Source: Octopus vulgaris (lineage: Eukaryota). From it: a stretch of DNA of 64,000 nucleotides. A program made the position numbers and the translations under genes. Below are positions 1 through 14,754 of this stretch, piece after piece. Under the pieces are notes generated by a model that saw only the letters and a program-made list of their open reading frames with translations, ran no database searches and was not told where the DNA came from. Within the stretch, counting starts at the first letter, position 1. Every line of letters begins with the position of its first letter. The stretch lies in assembly GCA_951406725.2 (NCBI GenBank), contig OX597821.1, forward strand, positions 94,302,001 to 94,366,000. The letters run 5' to 3'.

Positions 1-223
1 TACATGACAAAAGAGGCAACAATAAATCTATGGGATAAAATGTGATAAAATTCATCTCCATTCATAAAACTGGTAAATTTTGTATTTTCGTTTATTATTA
101 TTATTACTTTCTTATATTTTTTGTATTATGAATATATATATATATGTAAGATCCATATATATGTAAGATCCATATATATGTAAGATCCATATATATCCAT
201 ATATATACACACACGTAAGATCC

Positions 224-270
<47 letters not shown>

Positions 271-539
271 AACATAAATGTAAGATCTATATACCGATAT
301 ATATTGCTCTCTATGTTTCTAGCTACTTAATTCTAAATGTTTATGTATCTTTCTGTCTGTCTTTATGTTTGTCTATCCGTCTGTTCATGTATCTATACAC
401 CTTGGCTCTATATTTCAGTTTATCATTCTCTCACACAAGTTCTTATCTCTTCCGTGTTTCCTTTTCTTATTTCTTAATTGCTTTGTTATTTTGGTGCGTC
501 TAGCTATGATTCTTACATATAGACATGTGTAGAGAAAAT

Positions 540-1810
540 GATATTTGGCGCGTTGCGTGTATTTCGTGGTGTTACTCTGTAAAAATGCTGACTGGGTGTA
601 TGAACTATTTCTCAATGACATCTATATACTAAAGTATATAAAACTTTGTCACTCCTTTGACAAGGGACAAATTGTCCAAACGGTAGATATCACTTTCTTT
701 TCGCTGCAGGATAATGTTCTTGTACTGCTTGAACACTCTTTATACATCTAAATCTGTGAAGTAGGATCTTTGAAGTAGAATATGTGAAGGTGTCAGCTTG
801 ATGGTCAAGGGTTCAACTCATACATGTGGTCTACGTTCATTTCAAATCTTACACAGATGAATATCCAAGTGCTGTTTGAATTGATTGTATTGAATTGATT
901 GTGTTGAAATGGAAATTCTTCATGTTTTCGAGAGAATACCGAAAAGCTTTGGTTCATGAACTCAAAGCAATAAGAGTTCTCATCTTAACTAAATATAATG
1001 AAAGGATGCAACATTTGGCACTATGTCTCGTTTAGGGGCAAATATATGCCAAATTGTCACACCAATCATTCTAAGATCTTTCGAATAGATATTATGGAAT
1101 ATGTTTTATTTCTTTAAGATGTAGAGTTCTAATGCTTTGAATCTGTCTCAAGTAGTTTATCTGTTATGCAGAGGCAATCTTCTTAATGCCAAACGTTGCT
1201 TCGAGTTGTGCAGTTAACTTGACACTGTGATCATCACCGAAACAGTGATCATTGAAGCAGACGACAGGAAGATTACCCCCAACCCCTTGCCTACTCGATA
1301 CAACACGACTGGAACCTGAATACTGATTTAGGAAAACAGATGAACGTCCCATAAACTCCACTGTTAAACAGGTCAGACATGGTGTTGAGCTTGGAAGCAT
1401 CTAAGCAGGTGGTATATTACAACTCTTCATATCTCGAGAGGACTGTCGTGAGAAGGTCAACGAAAGGAAGAGAGCAAAATGCACTTAGGCTGGTGGAATT
1501 ATGTTGAAACAGCGAATGGCAAGCAATATGTGAGCCTATTGAGGTGGGATGTGAAGAATTCATAGCCCAGTCACCTCTGCAATATTTACGACGTTCTTGG
1601 CACCACAAGAGTGAAGAGGTAGGAAAATCTTCAAGTTCGCTTTCGATGTAACAGAGTTTGTATCAAGGTGATTGTGGAGCAGGAAAGGGGGAGTAACGCA
1701 TAGGTAATGCGACCTGGATGAGTACTAAGTGAATGCAAGTAGTAATTTGATAAACCACTTAGATGAATCACCTGATCAAAGATGTTCGACTTATGAATAA
1801 CTCCCAATGA
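540..1810 (-). pseudogene. Highly decayed Penelope-like element (PLE) reverse transcriptase and linker remnant
   Basis: Colinear minus-strand fragments faintly resemble PLE RT motifs: ACHSLFQH (like DVESLFTN), MGRSSVFLNQY (like MGSPLGVLFANFY), CFGDD (like CRYVDD), QLEATFG, and LRNSSYTQSAFLQSN just before where GIY-YIG would start. Many stops and frameshifts; matched by eye. Confidence 0.4.
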
Positions 1811-2018
1811 TACCACCTAAATTCAGTGTTATATCCAGGTGTGCATCATAAGATATGAATACACATGCGCGCGTGGGAAGACAGACGAAAGAAGGGCAGT
1901 CGACATATTTAATGGGAGTTACTTGTATAGATCAAAACAGTTTGATTCAGACTTCTTGGTACTCTGAGTTTCAAGCGTGTGACTAGTCTTCAGCCATTGG
2001 GGTTCTATATGTATATAG

Positions 2019-2219
2019 CAGTGCTTTTCAAACTTTTTGCTGGAGCGGAACCCCAAGGAAACATTCCACTGGCTTGAGGAACCCCTGTGCAATAATTTAA
2101 TAGTTTTATGCATACATATCTGCACAGGAGACTTAAATATTACTGCCGATTTTAGCAGTTTTGTAACTTCTTGCGGAACCCCTGCACTATACTGGCGGAA
2201 CCCTGGTTGAAAACCACTG
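2019..2219. mobile_element. hAT (Charlie-like) MITE, 201 bp
   Basis: TIRs CAGTGCTTTTCAAAC / GTTGAAAACCACTG, perfect 8-bp TSD GTATATAG (2011-2018 and 2220-2227), internal GGAACCCC subterminal motifs. Confidence 0.9.
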
Positions 2220-2240
2220 GTATATAGAGTCACTGGGGTT

Positions 2241-2279
<39 letters not shown>

Positions 2280-2288
2280 GAGAGGGGG

Positions 2289-2327
<39 letters not shown>

Positions 2328-2348
2328 CCACAGGGGTTCTATATTGGG

Positions 2349-2455
2349 GCTCGAAACGTAAAAGACTTTCTCGCTTTCCCGAGCGTCAAACTAATACACC
2401 TGCTTGTTGTTCATACACCTATCTTCGTCTTTTGTTTTTCTGTAAATTTCAACTA
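2349..2455 (+). mobile_element. 5'-truncated PLE-type terminal-repeat fragment (3' half of a hammerhead) ending in (TA)n
   Basis: GCTCGAAACGTAAAAGACTTTCTC... matches the reverse complement of 5210-5315; runs directly into (TA)n. Confidence 0.65.
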
Positions 2456-2479
2456 TATATATATATATATATATATTAT

Positions 2480-2700
2480 ATCTTTTACTTGCTTCACTTA
2501 TTAGACTGTGGTCATATTGGGGCATCGCTTTGAAGAAATTTAGTCGAACGAATCAACCCCAGGACTTATTTAATAAAGCCTAGTACTTATTCCATCGGAC
2601 TTTTTTGCCGAACTGTTAAGTTACAGTGACGTAAGCACACGAAGACCAGTTGTCAAGTAGTGGTGGGGGACAGACAGACAGACACACAGACAGACAGACA
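2480..2700 (-). mobile_element. SINE family A, 3' portion
   Basis: Diverged match to the tail half of the full copies at 11577 and 19517. Confidence 0.75.
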
Positions 2701-2704
2701 CACA

Positions 2705-2739
<35 letters not shown>

Positions 2740-3104
2740 AAACACACACACACACACACGTACATACACGGATAGACTGGAAGATTGGATGGCTGGATGC
2801 ATGGATGGGAAGCAGCTTTTCTAAAGAACTTTATTATTTTCTTCTTATTTTCGTGTGAAATCTCTTGCAATTAACGAGCAACAATTTAGTTGCTAAATCC
2901 GTCACCATCGTTTCTACTCTCTTGAAGTGTCGACTTGACAATGTGAAGTGTTTTTGGTCGTGTGTAGCAAACTCTTTTACGGCAGGCAAATGTGATCTGT
3001 GTAAATTTGTGAAGAAATTGTATGGACTTTATTACCAAGTTTTGACATTTAATCATTATCAGTCTCATTTTCTTTTAATAATTTTTGTTTATGATGGGTG
3101 CATT

Positions 3105-3320
3105 TTGCGTGTGCTTATATTTTAGCATTGTATTGTGCTTCGTGCAAGGCTTTCATCATTGATCTTCTATGTTTGTGTGGTTCCCTATATTGTATGGATA
3201 TGTTATGCACGAACAATAAGCCTATCCGGTTCTATGTTGCCTGGCGCAGTGTGTTGCGATTGCTCCTTGTTGTAAGTGCGTGGTGAGGGTTCGACGGCGG
3301 GTTGTACTTGCACTGCGCCT
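3105..3320 (-). pseudogene. Decayed C-terminal half of a PLE GIY-YIG endonuclease
   Basis: RRRTLTTHLQQGAIATH followed after a frameshift by FVHNISIQYREPHKHRRSMMKALH resembles the PLE pattern RRLTxHxQQGxIxxH...NxxI...EALHI. Confidence 0.6.
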
Positions 3321-3510
3321 TTCTTTCTTTCCTTCTTTCTTTCTTTCTTTCTTTCCTTTTTTCTTTTCTTCTTTCTTTCGTTCTTTCTTTCCTTTTTTCT
3401 TTTTTCTTTCTTTCTTTCTTTCTTTCTTTCTTTCCTTTTTTCTTTTTTCTTTCTTTCGTTCTTTCTTTCCTTTTTCTTTTTTCTTTTCTTCTTTCTTTCT
3501 TTCTTTCTTT
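3320..3510. repeat. (CTTT)n-type microsatellite
   Basis: Directly visible; source of the spurious K/E/R-rich and F/S/L-rich ORFs. Confidence 0.95.
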
Positions 3511-4176
3511 CTCCCTCTCTCCCCCCCTCTCTGTTTATAAATATATCTATGTGTGTATATATACATATATATATATATACATATATTTATACATATATAG
3601 ATACATATACATACATATAATATACACACGCACACACACACATATGTATATCAATAATACATAATTTAATTTGATTCGCGGCGTGTGTTTGTGATATGTA
3701 AAGTATAAGTATATTGTTACAAGGCAATATATTACTCTTCGCTATTTCAATGCCGATCAATTTCCCTACACATGCACAACTCATAATGAAAATACCCTGA
3801 TAATTCCTGTACCCTGACTATAATGAAAGCATAGCAAGAAAGACTTCAAAACGATCCATATTATACTGTAGTGCACTGAGTTGCTGGCAACATAGTCTAT
3901 TCTTCCACACTTGGCATTTTATCACGCCTAATTGAATTATTAAACAGTGAAGTACCCGTTTGCATATCTATACGCATGAACATAGAATGTAACGCGCGCT
4001 TATACACATCTGGATATCACAAGCTAAATCATAATGTAAGAAATCTCTACCACTGCTGCTACAGGCTGTAATAACTCGAACAACGGTTGCATCCAATAAT
4101 ACTGACATAGAGAAGTAAGGCATATTGTTGCGCTTCCACGTTTGAAGATATGCATGCCCCTCCGTTCTCTGTTACT

Positions 4177-4249
<73 letters not shown>

Positions 4250-4261
4250 CATGTAATGTAT

Positions 4262-4309
<48 letters not shown>

Positions 4310-4497
4310 GTATACATATATGTATGGTGTTTATTATATATAAAGTCTACATATTTAACATATATATAACATATATACCTGTGTGTGTATATATATGCGT
4401 ATATGTATAGATACCATATAGATGGCATAATATATATGCAACATAAAATACGCGTTTTAGGTATGTGTGCATATTCTTCTTCTTCTTCTTCTTAATA

Positions 4498-4577
<80 letters not shown>

Positions 4578-4840
4578 TAATTAATTAACTTATTTAACAT
4601 AAAATTTCGCAGGCTCGTTATAGGAACCTAGCTGGTCGAGCTGAGATGACCCGACGAGCTACTAATTGTATTGAGTGCCTCTTTCTTTCGTTTGTCTACT
4701 CAGTCGCGCGTGTATATATATATATATATGTGTATGTGTGTGTGTGTGTGCGTGTGTGTATGAATGTATATGTATGTGTGTGTATGTATATATCTGTATG
4801 TGTGTATGTCTATTTATATATACATATATATGTGTGTGTG

Positions 4841-4885
<45 letters not shown>

Positions 4886-4886
<1 letters not shown>

Positions 4887-5190
4887 CACGTGATCACGTG
4901 ACCGACCAGTCCATCAGATGTAGTTACACATCGCTGGTCACAATGCGTTCGCATTGTTTTAGCCTTCGAATGACGCCACCCCGCTGGCTAAGCGAGCAGG
5001 CCAACAGAAAAAAGAGTGGGAGAAAGAGCGGTGAAAGAGTACAGCAGGGAACACCACCCCCTGCCGGAGCCTCGTGGAGCTTTTAGGTATCTTCGCTCAA
5101 TAAACACTCACAACGTCCGGTCTGGGAATCGAAACCGCGATCCTACGACCGCGAGTCCGCTGCCCTAACCACTGGGCCATTGCGCCTCCA
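4886..5190 (-). mobile_element. tRNA-headed SINE: family C head with an alternative tail
   Basis: Reverse complement starts TGTGGAGGCGCAATGGCCCAGTGGTTAGGGCAGCGG (A box) and has GGTTTCGATTCCC (B box), as at 9905; its tail matches 32830-32948 instead of the 9905 tail. Confidence 0.85.
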
Positions 5191-5199
5191 CATATATAT

Positions 5200-5390
5200 A
5201 TGTGGGTGGGAGAATTCACGAAAAAATCAAAAGACGAAGACAGGTGGTGTAAACAACAAACAGGTGTATTAGTTTAATGCTCGGGAAGTGAGAAAGTCTT
5301 TAACGTTTCGAGCCTACGCTCTTCCACAGAAAGGAACACAGAAAGAAACAAGGAGAGAAAATTAAGAATGCGTAGTGGCTAGTGATCTAT
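5200..5390 (-). mobile_element. PLE-type terminal-repeat fragment with a variant minimal hammerhead (5298-5333)
   Basis: Minus strand reads CTTT-CTGTGGA-A-GAGC-GTAG-GCTC-GAAA-CG-TT-AAAG; 3' end abuts a TA tract. Confidence 0.6.
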
Positions 5391-5708
5391 CTAAGTGTGT
5401 ATTATTTAATATGTGGGCACAAGTGTGGGAGTGTAATAAAGTGTTTGCTTGATTCCCAACGACATGGTTCCGGGTTCTGTCCCGCAGCATGGCACCTTGG
5501 GCAAGTGTCATCTACTATAGCTTAGGGCCCCAGACTGCCCATACCTCGTGAGTGTGACTGCAAGACGGAAACTGAAAGAAACACGTCGAGTGTTAAACAC
5601 TTTCGGTATGCAAATTAGGGATCCCTTCATATAGTAACTGCTGCATTTGTTGAGTGTATAAACAGTTTGGCTGCTTGTTTCTCTGGAGACTGTCAGAATG
5701 ATGTAGAC

Positions 5709-5751
5709 GCTTCTGATGAGAACCCAATAAGGTTCGAAAATCGATTAAGGT
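5709..5751 (+). ncRNA. Minimal type-I hammerhead ribozyme motif with canonical core
   Basis: CTGATGA (5713-5719), stem II GAACC/GGTTC, GAAA, palindromic stem III AATCGATT, UA cleavage site; stem I is weak (GCTT/AGGT). Confidence 0.6.
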
Positions 5752-5821
5752 TGTTCATCATTTGTTTTCCAGTCAGCGGAGAAATGGCTAAAATTTTCCC
5801 TGTTTATAATTATACCATATG

Positions 5822-5875
<54 letters not shown>

Positions 5876-6293
5876 GTATATACCTATATGTATGCATATA
5901 CCTATGTGGTGTGTGTTTGTGTTGGTCCTTACTACCACTTGATAACCTGCGTTGATTTATTTACGTCCCTGTAAGCTAACGGTCGGGCAGAGTAAGACAA
6001 TGAAAGTACCAGGCTATAAAAATAAGTGCTGGGGTCAATTTGCTCAACTAAACCGTTCAAGGTGGTGATCCAGCGTGGTTGCAATCAAATGACTGTTGCA
6101 AGTAAAACATAAAAGATACAGATTATATATGTACATATGTATATGCGCCTGTATATATACATGCGTGTGTATATATGTATAAAGACACACCTGCGCACGC
6201 ATACTCACATACATACGGACAAATATAAAAATACACGAATACATTATCTCGTATAGATTATCTCTGTTATTCAAAGCAATATAACAGTATCAT

Positions 6294-7745
6294 GTAGCGG
6301 AATGTGGGAAAAATTCTGTCTCCGTCAGGGTGGCCATGACAGGCAGGTAACTCACAACGTTTACCTCAAGATATACGAATGTCACTCACAGCTACTGCGT
6401 ATAGGTGATGGTGAGGTCAAAGGTGCATATGCAGGTGGTTGTAAAGGATCAAAGGTGGGCGTGTTTGGAGTGTCATCGAAGGGTGTGGATATCTCAAAAT
6501 GTGCCCTTTTAAGTCTGTCGGTTGACACGGTCTCTGCCCAACCATTGATGTCGAGACTAAAAGTTTTGTGTGTGTGTGCGCGATAGCACACGAAATGGTT
6601 CCTTATAAGGAGAAATGCGAGGTCCTCTGACAAAATCATCCCGAACATTTGTCAATGTCCAGAGAGACGTGAGAAGGAATAGACTGGTCACGCGGATGCA
6701 TGGGTGGAAGACTCGAGAAATACGAGCGAAGTCTGGTTGTATCAGGAGGCGATGAGTTGTCTGGCGCTAACACCGTACCAGGGAGTGCCAAGGTGGTACC
6801 GTAAAGGGGTTTAGCAGAAGAGAAACCTAAGTCTGATTTAACAGCAGTGCGACAACCAAGAAGAACGATAGGCAGAAATTCTGTCCAAGACAGCGGGTCA
6901 GAAGTGGCGCGTAGGGCGGCCTTCAGTTGCCTGTGAAAACGTTCAACCATTCCATTGGAGGCTGGGTGGTAACTGGTCGTACGAATGTGATGAACTCCTA
7001 GGATTCGTGATAATTCACGAAATAGGAAGCCCCGAACTGGCGTCCGCGATCAGTGGTTATTTTAGCAGGGACACCAAAGCGAGCAATCCAGTTAGAAACG
7101 AAAGCTCGAGCAACTGACTCAGCGGAAATGCCCACTATTAGAATGGCCTCTGGCCACCGAGAGAGACGATCGACGCATGTTAATATGTAAGAGAAACCTC
7201 GACTGACAGGCTATGGTCCAACCAGATCAATGTGGACATGGCGAAAGCGAGTCTCCGGTGGAGAAAACTGTCCAAGAGGAGCGCGAATATGCCTGTGAAT
7301 TTTAGAATGTTGGCACTTTACACAAGAGTGTGCCTAATCGGTGATCATTTGGCGTATATTAGGCCAGAAAAATCGAGCCGTAATAAGCTTCACCGAGGCA
7401 GCGACGCCAGGTTGTGACAGTGAATGCAAGGTATCAAACACGGAGCGCTGGTGGTTCTCAGGTACAAACGGTCTGGGAAAACCAGTTTCTGTGTCACAAA
7501 GGATTGTGCCTTCAGTCGACGGAAGTGGAAGATAGAGAAACTTGCAGAAGACAACTTGGTAAAAGTTAGATCCACTGTGTCCAGAGCTGGCTGATCCTGC
7601 GCAATGGCAGTGAAATCAATTTCAGCAGGAGATGAAGGGGAGCACACAGGAAGACGAGAGAGTGTGTCAACAGGCACGGTCTCTGTTCCAGGTATGTCCC
7701 GAATGTTTCCAGATATATTTTCAGGTTGGCTGCGATCTAAATAAA
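6294..7745 (-). mobile_element. Degenerate Ty3/Gypsy LTR retrotransposon fragment (RNase H end and integrase)
   Basis: IRDIPGTETVPVDTLSRL (like IRHIxGxxNxVADALSR), NGMVERFHRQLKAAL, LPIVLLGCRTAVKSDL, and KTFSLDINGWAETVSTDRLKRAH; frameshifted; minus strand ends in CCGCTACA, a possible LTR terminus. Confidence 0.9.
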
Positions 7746-7857
7746 CTATTTGGCAACTAGTCTTTAATTTGAGCAACGACGGGTAATTAAGCTACCGCGT
7801 ATGTGCATGTGCGTGCGTATTAACATACATACATACGTACATACATACGTACATACA

Positions 7858-7889
<32 letters not shown>

Positions 7890-8039
7890 AATATATATAT
7901 ATATATATATATACACATAAATTTGCACATTGAATATGTATGTATATAAATATATATCCATACACATATATACCAGCAAGCACACCAGATATGTGGGTTT
8001 ATATGTATGTGTGTATGTGTGTGTATATGTATGTGCCTG

Positions 8040-8154
<115 letters not shown>

Positions 8155-8291
8155 ATTAACACTTAAGTTTGCGTACATACCAATAAATTTTATATAAATA
8201 CATTTTCTCGTTGTGTTATACACGTGTGTGTGTGTTGGTGTGCGTGTACATATATACACATACTCGTATACAAACACGCGCACGCATATAT

Positions 8292-8346
<55 letters not shown>

Positions 8347-8405
8347 CATACATATATATATATATATATACATACATATATATATATATATATATACATA
8401 CATAT

Positions 8406-8459
<54 letters not shown>

Positions 8460-8996
8460 ACGCACACACAAATATATGCATACAAACGCGCATGAAAAAT
8501 TACAACGATTAGTTTCTAATCGCCTGTACCGTTTACAGGTTACTTCAATGAAACGGTCATGTTATGCTAATGAAATCTAATTAATCCATTTGAGGGCGCC
8601 ACTGTTTCTCGGGGTTTTTCCAGTAATCTGGGCAATAATTGAATTTTCAGAGTTCAGGCATGTCACCATACATTGCTTAAGTAGAATACTCGGATGGGGA
8701 AACTTTGTGCATACGAAATTGAATCAGTATAGAATTAACAAAACGTTGCGCCGATCTATATTCCGTTGTTCTTCTCTTTCTCTTCTGCTTCGTCTACTTT
8801 TTTTTTTTTTTTTTTTCAAATTGAAACATTTTTGTGCATATATTCATCATTTCTCTTTTATTTCTATCACTCTCTCAGGATGCAACCGATTTTGGAAATT
8901 ATGAGCGCATTGTGTGTTATCGTGTGTACGTGTGTGTGTGTGTGCGTGTATGTGTGTGTGTATATATACACACACACACATATATATCTATATCTG

Positions 8997-9045
<49 letters not shown>

Positions 9046-9062
9046 ATATATATATATATATA

Positions 9063-9147
<85 letters not shown>

Positions 9148-9219
9148 CATATATATAAATATATATATATCTATATATATGTATGTATATATATATATAT
9201 GTATATATGTATATATATG

Positions 9220-9300
<81 letters not shown>

Positions 9301-9366
9301 TGTAATAATAATAAACGTATTATTCAATTATATTTATATTCTCTATTCAATAATTGTCTGTGTGAA

Positions 9367-9413
<47 letters not shown>

Positions 9414-9431
9414 ATACCCATATTTCATATG

Positions 9432-9491
<60 letters not shown>

Positions 9492-9586
9492 CGTCAAAGA
9501 TATTTCCACATATACCATAGGTAGAGAGCTTATGTGGCAAACCGGCATGTCAAACCTTACCAGAGGCTTTAATAGTAGATAGGAGA

Positions 9587-9785
9587 ATGTTGAGGGTACA
9601 CAGAGTGACGATGTATCTTTAGTTCCTATCCTTTCTCAATATCCCTGTACTATGTTATATTTTGGGTAAGTTAGTAAAATCGTAAGAGTATGTTTAGGGT
9701 ACATGGAGCGATAATGTTTCTTTAGTTCCTTTTCTCTCTCAATATTGCTGTACTATGCTATATCCTATGTTAGCAAATAAAATCC
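9587..9785 (+). repeat. Two diverged tandem copies of an approximately 100-bp unit
   Basis: TGTT.AGGGTACA...TTTAGTTCCT...CTCAATAT..CTGTACTATG.TATAT...TAAAATC occurs at about 9587 and 9691. Confidence 0.75.
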
Positions 9786-9904
9786 TATTTCAGTTAGATA
9801 AAAACAAAGGAGAGGAATCAAGTTTCGGTACAGACATTTGTTGAGGTAAAATGGTGGTTTGCATTACAGATATTTTTATTTGCTTCTTGGTTATATTATT
9901 CACT

Positions 9905-10287
9905 GTGGAGGCGCAATGGCCCAGTGGTTAGGGCAGCGGACTCGCGGATCGCGGTTTCGATTCCCAGACCGGGCGTTGTGAGTGTTTATTGAGCGAAAAC
10001 ACCTAAAGCTCCACGAAGGCTCCGGCAGGGATGGTGGTGATCCCTCTGCTGTACTCTTTCACCACAACTTTCTCTCACTCTTACTTCCTATTTCTGTTGT
10101 ACCTGTATTTCAAGGGGCCGGCCTTGTCACTCTCTGTGTCACGCTGAATATCCCTGAGAACTACGTTAAGGGTACACGTGTCTGTGGAGTGCTCAGCCAC
10201 TTACACGTTAATTTCACGAGCAGGCTGTTCCGTTGATTCGGATCAACCGGAACCCTCGTCGTCGTAACCGACGGAGTGCTTCCCTTC
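9905..10287 (+). mobile_element. Full-length tRNA-headed SINE (family C)
   Basis: A and B boxes in the head; 14-bp TSD ATATTATTCACTGT (9893-9906 and 10288-10301); near-identical to 38514-38904. Confidence 0.92.
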
Positions 10288-11321
10288 ATATTATTCACTG
10301 TTGGTTTTTGATGGCAATTTAGATCACTGTTTCACATATCATCAAATCAACGAGGAAGGATATATGTGGTCATTCAATGTGCTAGAAATAGCAAGAGAAT
10401 ATCCTTTAAATATTACACTACTATCTTAAATATGGAAAATACACATTAAATGAACTTTCATTGTACACTGAGTCATGTTGCTAAATTATTCCCACACGAC
10501 TGATAAGTCAACTGGGAGTTTCTGGTAGAACAGGTTGAAAGAACGAGTGCACTTCTGCATAAAAGATAGTGAAAATGCAAGTTGCGGATAGATGGCTACG
10601 CACTTACAGTAAACTATTTAGATATGGGTTCGACTCGTACAATTATTCATTGATTATAAGGAAGTTGAAAATAACTGACCACAATTGACTATACACACAG
10701 ATATATACACACAAACACCCACGTAAACACACGCACAGGCAAGCATGAATACACATATATACAAGCATAAACAAAACGTACATACAAATATGTGCAATTA
10801 TATACATACGCAGCTAAACACACTCACAAACGTCAATACGTCAGCATAAATACCCATATACAAAACATAAATATACACACTCATAGATTTCTAATAGTAA
10901 CCCAAGACACTGGCCACGATACAAATATGATTTCATTTCAATAAAATTCTTTACAAGCAATGCTTTTCATCTCAACTAACCCTATATATTTTATTGTTTT
11001 ATTGAAACAGAACCATGATATTCTTGTTTCCGGTGTCAAATAAACGTAGTCAATGATGAGCGTTTGTTATTCAATGAGGAAAAAATAATATAAAATAGTG
11101 TAAATAAATTTGGTTTTACTCAGTAACTAAATCATATAGTTCAATAAAAGTATTTATAGTCATGTTTGAAGTAGCTACTCCCAATTTGCGCGCACACACA
11201 TGTATCGGCGTGTGTGTGTGTCTGTGTTTGTGTGTAAGATATAAAGAACTATACACACACGCACTCACACACAGACACATGTATATATATACATACACAC
11301 ACATAAATATATGCATGCTTA

Positions 11322-11375
<54 letters not shown>

Positions 11376-11576
11376 GTGCGTGTGTGTGTGTGTGTATTTA
11401 CTTGTATATATGTACATACACAAAAGTGTGTGTGTGTGCGTGTGCATGTGCGTGGTTGTGTGTCTATGCATATATGTATGTGTATTTTTATATACACACA
11501 GAACGCACTTACACACATGTATGTGCGTGTGTGTATGTATGTATATATGTATATATGTCTGTACGTATGTATGTAT

Positions 11577-11899
11577 ACTCTTTTACTCTTTCACTTGTTT
11601 CAGTCATTTGACTGTGGCCATGCTGGAGCACCGCCTTTAGTCGAGCAAATCGACCTCAAGACTTATTCTTTGTAAGCTTAGTACTCATTCTATCGGTCTC
11701 TTTTTCCGAACCGCTAAGTTACGGGGACGTAAACACACCAGCGTCGGTTGGCAAGTGATGTTGGGGGGGACAAGCACAGACACACAAACATATACACACA
11801 CACATACATACATACATACATACATACATACATACATACATACATACATACATACATACATACATGCATATATATGAATATATATATATATATATATAT

Positions 11900-11967
<68 letters not shown>

Positions 11968-12145
11968 ATATATACATATATACAACAGGCTTCTTTCAGT
12001 TTCCGTCTACCAAATCCACTCACAAGGCTTTGGTCAGCCCGGGGCTATAGTAGAAGACACTTGCCTGAGGTGCCGCGCAGTGGGACTGAACCCGGAACCA
12101 TGTGGTTGGTAAGCAAGCTGTTTCCACACAGCCACTCCTACGCCT
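11577..12145 (-). mobile_element. Full-length SINE family A (tRNA head, CORE-like segment, internal microsatellite, repeat tail)
   Basis: Head GGCGTAGGAGTGGCTGTGTGG...GGGTTCAGTCCC, CORE-like CCT(T/C)(G/A)GGCAAGTGTCTT, internal (TATC)/(TA)/(TATG) tract, tail AAAGAGTAAAAGAGTA; matches 19517, 31421 and 32155. Confidence 0.9.
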
Positions 12146-13316
12146 ATATATGTATATTTTTGGTGAAGCAAACCAACGTGAAACCCTCGAATTGCAAGAA
12201 ATGGCCCCCAAATTTTCGTAAAATCAAATTTTGTCGGATTTTAAAAACAGGAAGTCGTTTTATAGTATACACTATCTGAATAAGATATGCTACAGTCGTG
12301 GCTAGAACGGCTTCCTTTTTTTTCTATTATCAATTGACTCAGCCCGAGCTAACTTGAGGCAAAACAATAATATCAAATACTCTCTTCCTGGTTCCAGCCA
12401 ATTGGCAATGCTTTTGCGGAACCCCCAATAACTTGGGTTATTATATTTTATTCATTTAATTCTCTTTAAAGATGAGCCCATTTATGAAATCATTTGATCT
12501 CGTCAAAGAAGCTAACAAATAACTCTGAAATACATCCTGCGGTTTTAAAAAAGATAAAACCTTTGTAGTTCTATATGACCCCGAAAGGACGAAATGGTTA
12601 ACACTTTTATTTTTTATCTTTTATCTTTCACTTGTTTCTGGCACTAGGCAGTGACCATGCTGGGGTTATAGCAGAAAACACTTGTCCAAGGTGCCACGCC
12701 GTGGGACTGAACCCAGAACCGTGTGGTTGAGAAGCAAACGTCTTACCACCCACATTTTAGTTCAGAGGGGTAAATGGCAACATTTACAGTATTTTTAAGG
12801 ATCCCCAAGATTGGAGAGAGGAGAAAGGCAATTTACATTCAGACTAAACCGAGAATAGATCAGGTAGTAATGGTACATCGGGTGATGTATCAAGTCTACA
12901 ACCAAAAAAGGAGGAGCAGTCTTTGTAACAGATTTCAATACAATTTGCAACTAAGAATTTTTACTGATAAGGGTCAGTCGACAGGAGATTGCAACCCAAG
13001 ATTCCTCGCAGCCAGACCGAATCAGAAACCATGCAATTGCGAGACGAACTCTTTTAACACGCAATGATGTCAAGACATTGACCATAGGTAATTTAGATTA
13101 TTATTATCCTAGGGCTAAACAACAACTACAGCGTCACACAACGACGACGAGGCATATTCCTCTCTCGTGTTCTTCATCTGCGTTTCAAAACAAATTCCTT
13201 TCTTTCGCTCCTTCTCCCGTTCTCTCTTTATTTTTATATACAAATAGATATGTGCGAATATATACGTACATATAAATGTGTGTATGAATCTGTCTGTCAG
13301 TCTGCCTGTCTCTCTC

Positions 13317-13366
<50 letters not shown>

Positions 13367-13409
13367 CTATACTATCTATCTATCTATCTACACACAGAAA
13401 AGAGAGAGA

Positions 13410-13453
<44 letters not shown>

Positions 13454-13568
13454 AAAACAAAAGGGAGAAAGAAAGGAAGAAAGACACAGAGAAAGAAGGA
13501 AAGAAGGAAAGAAAGAAAGAAACAAAGAAAGAAGGAAAGAAACAAAGAAAGAAAGAGAAAGAGAGGGA

Positions 13569-13636
<68 letters not shown>

Positions 13637-13709
13637 AGGGAGATGTTTGTCTGAGTTTCTGTCTATCTTCCTGTCACTTAATATACACAAATTCGTATTT
13701 TTTCTCCAT

Positions 13710-14165
<456 letters not shown>

Positions 14166-14178
14166 GCAACGATATATC

Positions 14179-14309
<131 letters not shown>

Positions 14310-14317
14310 CTCTCTCT

Positions 14318-14350
<33 letters not shown>

Positions 14351-14721
14351 TAGTATACTGTATATATATATATATAAGTAGGTGCGTATATTTATAGTGT
14401 TCCCTTTTTTCCTCTCTGTACATATCCCAACATGGTATTGCAGTGAAACTTATTCAATAAAACAGGGAATTTTGGTTGGCATGGAGAGGGGTAAAAAACT
14501 TAAAATTAGTCTAGGATAGTTATAGTTCAGACACCTTGTTTCATTTAACCGAACCAAAATAATTCTGTTTTTATACTGTCTCAAGAGTATGAAAATATTC
14601 CACATATTGCACGTATCGTTAAAACTAAAGTTTACATCAATCCCAATGTCTTTGCTTATTTAGCCTCTTTCTTTCTTTTCTCTCTCTCTCTCTCACCCCG
14701 TTCGCATGCACACACACACAG

Positions 14722-14754
<33 letters not shown>

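Noticed and set aside
9905-9975. tRNA gene (also at 34356 and 38514)
   Set aside because: The A/B-box heads continue into multi-copy SINE bodies with TSDs and do not form a complete cloverleaf.
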